Below are positions 19,203-26,776 of a stretch of DNA of 64,000 nucleotides, piece after piece (the first letter of the stretch is position 1; each line of letters begins with the position of its first letter). Made by a program: the position numbers and the translations under genes. Below the pieces are notes generated by a model, which did no database searches, had not been told where the DNA came from, and saw nothing but the letters and a program-made list of their open reading frames with translations. Origin of the DNA: Gammaproteobacteria bacterium (GTDB lineage: Bacteria > Pseudomonadota > Gammaproteobacteria > Steroidobacterales > JBFFHS01); the NCBI GenBank assembly GCA_041556855.1, contig JBFFHS010000002.1, positions 26,056 to 90,055 of the forward strand, in the 5' to 3' direction.

Positions 19203-20546
19203 TCAGGCGACCTCCATCGATACGAAATAGCTGTGCCATGCAAAATCCAGCAGTTCGCGTGTGACTTGCATTGGCAAGTTCTGATACTCGGCCCGATCCA
19301 GGGCAATCCCCAGCAAGTCCCGCGGGTGACAGGGCAACAGCGCCACCTCGGACGGCTGATGGTATTGCTGGATCAGGTAATCGACTAGCGCCGGGTCAAA
19401 GGGCACGGACTGCTCCTCGCAGGCGCCTCGCCAGATGATCCGGTACTGGTCCGGCGTAATGTGACGGAAATGGATCTTGTAGCCGATGCGGCGCAGGAAT
19501 GCCTCGTCGGCCAGGTCCAACGGGTGCATGTTCGTGGAAAAGATCAGCACCTCGTCAAAGGGCACCGTGAAGTGCTGACCGGCACCCAGACTGTGGTAAT
19601 CCTTGCGTTCCTCCATGGGAACGATCCACCGGTTGAGGATCACTTGCGGCGAGACCTTCTGTCGACCTAAGTCGTCCAGAATAAACAGGCCATTATTGGC
19701 CTTGAGCTGCAGCGGCGCCTCGTACTGGCGGGTTGCCGAATCGTACTGCACCTCGAGGAGATCGTCCGTGAGCTCTCCGCCTACGACAATCGTGGGTCGC
19801 TCGCAGGACACGAAACGAGGATCATGCCCATGCTCCAGCAGCAGGCTGGAAGCGCCCCCATCAACCGCAACGGCATTGTGCAGCATCGGGTCGAATACTT
19901 TCACTACCGTTCGATCGACCAGGATGGCGTGGGGCACCAGCGTCAAATCGCGGAAGAGTTTCGACAGCCGTTGCGAAATATATGTTTTGCCCGTGCCTGC
20001 CGGGCCGTAGATAAAGATCGCCCGCCCGGAATTCATGGATTGGCCGAGTTGATCCAGCAGGTTCGGCTCAAGCTCGATACCGTCGTAGATGCACTCCACA
20101 TCTTCGCGACTGATCGCACGCTCATGCACGGTCTTGGCACGAACCACGCGCGCGTAATCCGCCAGCGGCACGGGCGCCGGACCTACATATCCGCTGCGCA
20201 ACAGAGCATCCAGCGCCGTGCTTCGACCCCGTTCCGTGAGGGCATAGCGCAGACCCGCCGCCTCGTCGGTCTTGGGTCGCACCTCAACGAGGCCTTCCCG
20301 CTTCATGAAATTAAGGACCTGCTCCAGAATGGGACCGGCCAAGGCGACCCGCGCCGTCAGCTCAGACAAGGCCAGCACACCGCCAGCCTGAAGATGCTTA
20401 GCGATCAGCTCTGCTATGAACGTGGTGCTGAGCCCCGTCTCCTCCAGCACGCGCGGGCGCGGCGCAAGCCGGGTCAATACCATATGCTCACTGGTTTCCG
20501 AGATGCCTGTTGGCACCGCGGCCAATTTCTGTTCCGGCGCATTCAT
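19203..20546 (-). CDS. Winged-helix plus AAA+ ATPase of unknown role, embedded in the tad operon
   Basis: Walker A GPAGTGKT, Walker B LFILDDLG, LIFSTN, FLRRIGYKI. N-terminal wHTH-like FMKREGLVEVRPKTDEAAGLRYALTERGR. The ATG shares one base with the cpaA stop (TAATG, 20544-20548). Confidence 0.7.
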   Translation of the reverse strand: MNAPEQKLAAVPTGISETSEHMVLTRLAPRPRVLEETGLSTTFIAELIAKHLQAGGVLALSELTARVALAGPILEQVLNFMKREGLVEVRPKTDEAAGLRYALTERGRSTALDALLRSGYVGPAPVPLADYARVVRAKTVHERAISREDVECIYDGIELEPNLLDQLGQSMNSGRAIFIYGPAGTGKTYISQRLSKLFRDLTLVPHAILVDRTVVKVFDPMLHNAVAVDGGASSLLLEHGHDPRFVSCERPTIVVGGELTDDLLEVQYDSATRQYEAPLQLKANNGLFILDDLGRQKVSPQVILNRWIVPMEERKDYHSLGAGQHFTVPFDEVLIFSTNMHPLDLADEAFLRRIGYKIHFRHITPDQYRIIWRGACEEQSVPFDPALVDYLIQQYHQPSEVALLPCHPRDLLGIALDRAEYQNLPMQVTRELLDFAWHSYFVSMEVA

Positions 20547-21091
20547 TAAAGGTTTCCTCCCGCCCAGGACGCCATGAGGGAGGACGCACCTGAGAGTTCT
20601 AACAAAACACCAGCGGATATCACCACGGCGAAGGGTATGGCAGCGTCGTCTGAGCGCCGATCAACCGCGTGCGGTGCCACAACGCCCTCTAACGCCAGCT
20701 TGCCCCGATTGGCCACCGACGCCCGGCTAAAAGTAAAAGCCATTAATGCGCCAACCACGCCTCCGGCAAGAAGCGTAGTAACGCTGGCCCAAAACACCGC
20801 CGCCGGCCCGATAAATCCGCCGCAAACCGCCATCAGCTTGACGTCCCCCGCACCCATGCCGCCCAGCAGGTAAAAGGGCAACAAGCACAGCAACCCAACC
20901 AGGCTGCCCACCAGCGCCATGCCGATGCCGTTCAGGCCCGACAGGTAACCATGCCCGGCCAGAGCTGCCAAAAACCCCGCGCAGACGAGAACGTTGGGAA
21001 TCTTGCGGCTGGCCAAATCGGTCATGCTGGCTGCTGCCAGCAGCAGCAACAGGGTCAAAACCATCGGATTCTGGAAAAGCAGGGCGAGCAT
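20546..21091 (-). CDS. cpaA: Prepilin peptidase CpaA/TadV (A24 aspartic peptidase)
   Basis: 181 aa polytopic membrane protein with the two Asp motifs (MTDLASRKIPN and GMGAGDVKLM). Confidence 0.8.
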   Translation of the reverse strand: MLALLFQNPMVLTLLLLLAAASMTDLASRKIPNVLVCAGFLAALAGHGYLSGLNGIGMALVGSLVGLLCLLPFYLLGGMGAGDVKLMAVCGGFIGPAAVFWASVTTLLAGGVVGALMAFTFSRASVANRGKLALEGVVAPHAVDRRSDDAAIPFAVVISAGVLLELSGASSLMASWAGGNL

Positions 21092-21133
21092 CTAATCTGG
21101 TGTCCTGACATTCATAGTGTTGTTGCTGTCACG

Positions 21134-21164
21134 AAAAAGAGAAGGGGCGCATACGCGCCCCCCT
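21134..21164 (-). terminator. Intrinsic terminator/attenuator between flp and cpaA
   Basis: The minus strand reads GGGGCGCGTATGCGCCCC followed by TTCTCTTTTTC. It begins 11 nt after the flp stop. Confidence 0.5.
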
Positions 21165-21174
21165 GAGGCGCAGA

Positions 21175-21354
21175 TCACGCAATGGTGATGCCCTTGAGGG
21201 CGTTCACGATGGCAGTAATCACGTTACCGACCTCGACACCGAGCAGCTGGAAAGCACCAATTACGGTTGCACCAACCAGGCCACCGGCGATCGCGTATTC
21301 GACCGTCGTCAGGCCGTCTTCGTTTTTCAGGAACTTAATGACATGTTGCTTCAT
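21175..21354 (-). CDS. flp: Flp/Fap family pilin
   Basis: 59 aa from the internal ATG 21354 (GGAGA RBS). Flp motif G/LTTVEYAIAGGLV (G-x4-EY) after a short basic leader, MKQHVIKFLKNEDG. Confidence 0.85.
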   Translation of the reverse strand: MKQHVIKFLKNEDGLTTVEYAIAGGLVGATVIGAFQLLGVEVGNVITAIVNALKGITIA

Positions 21355-21428
21355 GATGGTTCTCCAAAGCGGACTAACGTCCTTTTCTCTTAGACACAAA
21401 CGTGCTCTTAAAAAAAACGCGCGTAAGC

Positions 21429-21443
21429 GCAGACCAAATGCCA
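21429..21443 (-). promoter_or_regulatory. Possible sigma54-type -24/-12 promoter element upstream of flp
   Basis: The minus strand reads TGGCAT-N5-CTGC with correct GG-N10-GC spacing, 75 nt upstream of the flp ATG. Sequence pattern only. Confidence 0.3.
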
Positions 21444-21844
21444 AGTGCTGCGGCTCGTTATCGCTGTTCCCCAGCACGGCCGCTTTTATGCCGTGAAAGC
21501 GTGGCCGACCGATAGCACAAACTTGTTGAACTCTGGCACTACGTTGCGCGCGGCCCCTTGCGACTCAAAATCTGTGAAGCGAGTCACCATTTGTCCCGGC
21601 CAGATCGACCGAAGCGCCCCTGTCGGCATGGTTTGGACGCGAACCCGATTTTGCTGATCGACCAGCGCAAGCGGCCACAGATCTGAAGGGCGGCTGAGAC
21701 TCTGGGCATTTTGTTAAATGACAGTTGTAGTTTTTTGCGATGTGGTTCCTGCCCCGAAGAACACGGCTGTGCCAATCTCGGTTCCGTTGCGATATGTGAA
21801 GCGAATCCAAGTCCCGGCATGGAACGCCAGCGAGGTAAGGACAA

Positions 21845-22681
21845 GTGCCAGATACCACTAGACCACGAGCCTTATGGGTTGATCTGACTCTCTCGGTACA
21901 GCAGGCCGAGCTGCCAGCACCGCTGCAGAAGGATTTTGATGTGCAGCGGTCTCATGCGGGCAGCACGGTGGCCTCCGAGATCCAACGCCTCGCTCCAGAT
22001 TTCCTTCTGTTTGATTACGACTACCCCGAACAACGCGGGCTTAAACTTTTGGAAACGACCAAGCAGGAGTTCACCAGCCTCCCCCTGGTGATGATGACCA
22101 TCCAGCATTCAGAGTCGTTGGCCGTTTGGGCCTTTCGCGCAGGCGTGTGGGACTATCTGGTGAAGCCCGTAGCGCCGAGTGATCTTGATCGCTGCTTCAG
22201 CACCCTGGAACTGCTCCTGATGGACAAGCGTGGCGCCGAGCATCCGCGACGGGTTGCGAACAAACACTCCCCGGTGCCCAAGGAGAATCGCACTATTCGC
22301 TCGGGTGCGCCCATGGAGTTGCTGCCGGCAATCTCTCATATCGAGCGACATTACGGGGAGAAGGTCTCAGCCAAGGAGGTGGCTAAGCTTTGCGGCATGG
22401 ACTCGTTTCGGCTCAGCCGCAGCTTCCGCGCCGCCTTCGGAATTCCGTTTCGCGAATATTTGCTGCGCTTTCGGGTTAAGGAGGCCTGCCGGCTTCTTGA
22501 GCGACCGGACATGCCAGTTGCCGACGTCGCCGCCCTGGCCGGCTTCAACGATCCCTCCTACTTCTCGCGGGTCTTCAAGCGCTACGCAGGCGTTCCGCCG
22601 TCCGAGTACGCTTCTTCCGCCAGCTACCAAGGCGCAAGCATCGATAGCGATCGGTTGTCGCTGTCTGTAAAGACCGGTTGA
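21845..22681 (+). CDS. Response-regulator-like AraC-family transcriptional regulator
   Basis: The N-terminal receiver-like domain retains Asp (FLLFDYDYP), Thr (VMMT) and Lys (LVKP) positions. C-terminal AraC HTH (FRLSRSFRAAFG, AGFNDPSYFSRVFKRYAGVPPSEY). GTG start. Divergent from flp. Confidence 0.8.
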   Translation: MPDTTRPRALWVDLTLSVQQAELPAPLQKDFDVQRSHAGSTVASEIQRLAPDFLLFDYDYPEQRGLKLLETTKQEFTSLPLVMMTIQHSESLAVWAFRAGVWDYLVKPVAPSDLDRCFSTLELLLMDKRGAEHPRRVANKHSPVPKENRTIRSGAPMELLPAISHIERHYGEKVSAKEVAKLCGMDSFRLSRSFRAAFGIPFREYLLRFRVKEACRLLERPDMPVADVAALAGFNDPSYFSRVFKRYAGVPPSEYASSASYQGASIDSDRLSLSVKTG

Positions 22682-22751
22682 CGGCCCGTTCTCCCGGGCA
22701 CCAAGCTCCGGGAAGCTGTCCCATCTGCTTAGGCCCGGGAATATCTGGCGG

Positions 22752-23393
22752 CTAGAAGAACGCCGTGCCGCTCAAAAGCCCTTGCAGACGCCGCGCCTGG
22801 GGCGCCAGCGGAATATCGGCCCGCGCCGCGACCGCCTCGCCCGCCTGCATCCTTTTACAAAAGGTGGCGAAGCTCTCCGCGTAAGACGCGCCATACTCGG
22901 CCAGCAGCCGGCCGCCCAGGTGATCCCCCAACTGCCGAAGCAAATGCGCCACGCAGACCTCGCTGCTGACCGCCAGCACGTAGTCACGATGCTCGTCGAG
23001 CAACGCGCGTCGCGGGTTGCGCTGCCCCTGAAAACCCATGATGAGCAGGTCTCGTGCCCGCCCCGTAATGTGATGGCGGCGCACATAGTCCACCAGGGCA
23101 GCGCGTTCCACCAGCCGTACCCCGATGGCGCGAAGCGCTGCGGGCTGGCCGAAGCGGCCGTCCGCATGGGCTACCGGTCGCATCAGTCGCTCATGGCGAT
23201 GGCGCCAGAGTTGGTACATGCGGTGATCGTTGGTTGCCTGGGCCGCGGCGTGGGCGCGACGCCTCTCATCCCCAGCCGCGGCCTGCCACAGGGCGGTCTC
23301 GGACTCGGCAAGCAACTCAGGCAGATCCAGACGGGTGTTCATGCTCGGTTCAAAGGGCAGCTTCGAAAAGTTACCACACCAAAGCACAGACAT
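22752..23393 (-). CDS. Hypothetical protein
   Basis: 213-aa ORF with no recognised motif. An alternative start is ATG 23342 (MNTRLDL). Confidence 0.4.
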   Translation of the reverse strand: MSVLWCGNFSKLPFEPSMNTRLDLPELLAESETALWQAAAGDERRRAHAAAQATNDHRMYQLWRHRHERLMRPVAHADGRFGQPAALRAIGVRLVERAALVDYVRRHHITGRARDLLIMGFQGQRNPRRALLDEHRDYVLAVSSEVCVAHLLRQLGDHLGGRLLAEYGASYAESFATFCKRMQAGEAVAARADIPLAPQARRLQGLLSGTAFF

Positions 23394-23702
23394 CCCCCGG
23401 GAACGGGCAGCGCGACGGCAGCTATGGGAAGGTTCCGCCCCTGACTGCCCGAGGGGCTGGGATTATGTAACATCGCCGACCGCCGGCTCCACAGAACACC
23501 CGGCTCATCACGCCTCTCCCACAACCATCTCTGTGTCTCAATCCACAGGTGGGGTCCTCATGTGGGGCCGGTCAGTGGCTGCAGGGATTTCGCGCCGGCG
23601 CGAGAGTACCCGCAGCGCCGCGGCTGTCTGTTTCTATGTCAGGCTGGAGACAATTTATTGTGCCGTGGAGCGCCTGCCTTTTCACCCAGACGCAGCGCGG
23701 GT

Positions 23703-25997
23703 CTACCATCGTATGGCCCCGACGATATTGGAATAATCATCGGTCCACACCCCGATGGCCGGATCCGGCTTCAGGGTCTTCCAGCGATGATCCGCGGCGA
23801 TCGAACCTAGAGCGGCTTCGGTCTGCGCAAGGGCAACCCATTTGGACCCGAACCTGTACTGCCGAAGGTCCGCGCGTTCTTCTGGGGTTTGATCGGGCGT
23901 CGAGCCCTCGCCATCGGGACTAAACACCTGAATTCTGGCGGCCACCTTCAAATCGCGGACCAGATTGCCCAGGACCGGCTCCAGGTCCATAAACCTGTTG
24001 CTGATGTGGATGGCTATGACGCCGTCCTCGGTCAGTTTGTCCAAGTACAGCGAGATCGCTTCGCTGGTAATCAGATTGACGGGAATCGAGTCGGAACTGA
24101 ATGCATCGATGACCAGCAGATCGAAGTGGCGATATGGCTGTCCGACCAGAGACAGGCGCGCGTCCCCGAGAATGGTTTTCGCGCCTCCGCCACATTCTTT
24201 GAGATAGTTAAAAAAGCGCGTGTCGTTTGCCAGTCCCAATACCACCGGGTCGATCTCGAAGAATGCCCAATGATCTTGCCTCCGGCGATAGCAGGCCATG
24301 GCGCCGGTGCCCATGCCAACTACCCCGACCTGCTGAGGTGCAGGATCATCGTGAATATGGGCAAATAGCTGCCCTACCGGCCCATCTTCGATGTAATAAC
24401 CCAGCGGCTTGCGCCATTTGTCTTGGTCTTTTGCCTGCGCACCGTGGATGGTTGAACCGTGCATGAGACTGTAGACATCAGCGTCTGAGTCGTAGATCAC
24501 CCGGTGAACGCCGAAGAAGCTTCGAGTCATGAACTCCGAGCTTAATGCGCCGCTGAACATGGAGGCGACGTTTGCGCTGACCATCATCACAGCGATGCCG
24601 AGACTGAATCTCAGCGGACGCGTGCTGAAACCGAACACGACCATGGCCGCGGCCGCAGCCAGCAGACCCAGCACGGGGCCCTGCGCATTTGCGGGGAGGT
24701 GAGTCAACGGCTCCGTGGCATGCACCGCGAATACAGCCATGGCAAGAATTGCCGGGTACCCAATGTCTCGGGCCCAATTGCCACGCCGCTGGCCGTCCAA
24801 CATCGGCCGCAGGGCACAGGCCAGCACAATAGCGATCGGGTACTCCACGATGGAGTCAAAGATCAGCGGCGCGAGCAGTGCATTGAACATTCCACCAAGC
24901 ACGCCGCCCACGGACATCCACAGATAAAATTCGGTCAAGTGCTTCGTCGTGGGCCGTCTTTTGGCCAGTTCGCCGTGACACACCATTGCTGTGACAAAGA
25001 AAGTCAGTAGATGGAACAACAGGGTAAATGGAAGCGGCAAGAAGCTACCGATGTAGAGGACGACGACGAACAAAAGCACGACGTATGAATGCAGCTTAAC
25101 CATCCATTTGTGAGGAAGGATGGGCTTTTTCGAGAAGACGATAACGTAGGTGAGAAGATAGAGGACCAGCGGAATCGTCCAAAGCAGCGGCACGGATGCA
25201 AGATCGGTCGTTATATGGGCTGACACGGCGAGCAACAGGCTCGACGGCACGAACGCCAGCAGCACCCAGCGGAACCTCAGTCCCGCGCTGATTTCGGTTG
25301 CAAAACGGGGCCCATTCTCGATGCCAGTCTCGGGCTCATTCGAAACGAAATGCTTCCACAGCAAAAATGCGCAGCTGGCGACCAGAGCGACCAGGACGGC
25401 AAAAACAACTCCCCAAACCCAGCCCTGAGCGGCGAGACCGAGATAGGGCTCGATCAGCAGCGGGTAGGTCAACAGGGCCAGAATGCTGCCGATGTTGCTC
25501 GCCGCGTAAAGAAAATACGGATTGCGAGCGTACTCATGGCGGGTATGGGCGAACCACTTCTGCAGCAGCGGCGCTGTTGCGGACACGGCGAAGAACGGCA
25601 GGCCAATGGATACGGTGAAAAGCGCCAGCAGCCAACCAACCGGCGTCGTCGACGTCGGCGGCGACCAGCCGGCAGCTACGCCGATCGGTAGCGCCAGGAA
25701 GGCACACGCAAGGACGGCAACGTGCAGCAGGCTCTGATAGCGCAGGTCCAGATGCCGGGTGGAATAGTGGGCATATGCATAACCAGCCAGAAGCGATGCT
25801 TGAAAGAAAACCATCGAGGTGTTCCACACCGCCGGCGCCCCGCCGAGCAGCGGCAGCACCATCTTCGCGAACATCGGCTGCACCCAGAAGAGCAGGCTGG
25901 CGCTGAGGGTCAGGGTGATCGTGAACGTCACCTGGATCAGCCTGCTCTGGGTGGCCGATAAACGTGGCGGGTTCTCATTCATCCGGGTGTTTTCCAT
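23703..25997 (-). CDS. Polytopic membrane protein fused to a spermidine-synthase-like (SAM-dependent aminopropyltransferase fold) domain
   Basis: The first ~500 aa hold many TM helices. The C-terminal domain has VGVVGMGTGAMACY (GxGxG) and DLLVIDAFSSDSIP. Start chosen at ATG 25997 (MENTRM); the ORF-track start is 26084. Confidence 0.7.
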   Translation of the reverse strand: MENTRMNENPPRLSATQSRLIQVTFTITLTLSASLLFWVQPMFAKMVLPLLGGAPAVWNTSMVFFQASLLAGYAYAHYSTRHLDLRYQSLLHVAVLACAFLALPIGVAAGWSPPTSTTPVGWLLALFTVSIGLPFFAVSATAPLLQKWFAHTRHEYARNPYFLYAASNIGSILALLTYPLLIEPYLGLAAQGWVWGVVFAVLVALVASCAFLLWKHFVSNEPETGIENGPRFATEISAGLRFRWVLLAFVPSSLLLAVSAHITTDLASVPLLWTIPLVLYLLTYVIVFSKKPILPHKWMVKLHSYVVLLFVVVLYIGSFLPLPFTLLFHLLTFFVTAMVCHGELAKRRPTTKHLTEFYLWMSVGGVLGGMFNALLAPLIFDSIVEYPIAIVLACALRPMLDGQRRGNWARDIGYPAILAMAVFAVHATEPLTHLPANAQGPVLGLLAAAAAMVVFGFSTRPLRFSLGIAVMMVSANVASMFSGALSSEFMTRSFFGVHRVIYDSDADVYSLMHGSTIHGAQAKDQDKWRKPLGYYIEDGPVGQLFAHIHDDPAPQQVGVVGMGTGAMACYRRRQDHWAFFEIDPVVLGLANDTRFFNYLKECGGGAKTILGDARLSLVGQPYRHFDLLVIDAFSSDSIPVNLITSEAISLYLDKLTEDGVIAIHISNRFMDLEPVLGNLVRDLKVAARIQVFSPDGEGSTPDQTPEERADLRQYRFGSKWVALAQTEAALGSIAADHRWKTLKPDPAIGVWTDDYSNIVGAIRW

Positions 25998-26776
25998 GGG
26001 CCGGGTAGACTGGACTCGCAAGTGGAAAAACTCCTTGGAGAGCAGTCCTGCTGTTGGGTCAAAACGCCTTGGCCATCGGGCCACTGCTTCGAACGGCCAA
26101 TAGAACGATATTCAAGGGCTGGCAAACAGGAACGCCATCAAGTATTCGCGCGATCGGGATGCTCGTGCTCCCGGGGACGTGACGCAGGTCACAGGCGCTT
26201 GTCTCGCCCATTGGGTTCAGGTATTGCAGCGGCTCGGTAGCCTCGACCTGCCCCCCTTAGATCGGTTCCGGCTGGCCAGAGAGACTTGAACCAGGAGAAA
26301 CGCGAACGACGAAGGGTAGAAGCCGAGTGTCCCGGAACACCGGGCTTACCGGGTCCTGGGGCGGCCAGGATCGAGCCCGCGCCGGAGGCTGGTGGGGCGT
26401 CTTTACCTTGAGCTGCGCGCCCTCGGCGAGGACTTCTTCCACCTGTTCGCGACTGCCCGAAGATCGTCGCCCGACGCCGTGGGCCTTGTTGTAGCAGACA
26501 TCCATACTGCCCGTCCGGCGCTGCTTTGTCAGCGTGCGGGCCGACCCGAGCCCCCCGGCAAAGTCGTACTCCAGGCCCGACCGAATCGTCGCCTCAGATC
26601 ACAAGGCCATGAGTCGGCCACGCCCTCCCCCGACCGTTGGTACCGAGCCAGTAGTCGAGCACGATCCCGGCGTCCGGGTTGCTGAGCAGCTCGAGAGAAC
26701 AGAAAACAGTAACGGGATCCTGAGTGACCTGCTGGTCTGCTTGATGGGCCGCGCCCCGGGCAACGCGCGACCTGGG

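Noticed and set aside
15243-19230. Several 280-384-aa plus-strand ORFs (15243-16214, 16759-17913, 17012-17869, 18385-19230) antisense to tadG, cpaC and cpaB
   Set aside because: They are entirely contained within well-supported minus-strand tad genes and have Arg/Pro/Ser-rich composition typical of wrong-frame high-GC translation.
21534-21547. TGGCAC-N4-TTGC on the plus strand upstream of the REC-AraC gene
   Set aside because: It looks like a sigma54 promoter, but the GG-to-GC spacing is one nucleotide short, and sigma54 tolerates that poorly. It also lies about 300 nt from the start codon.
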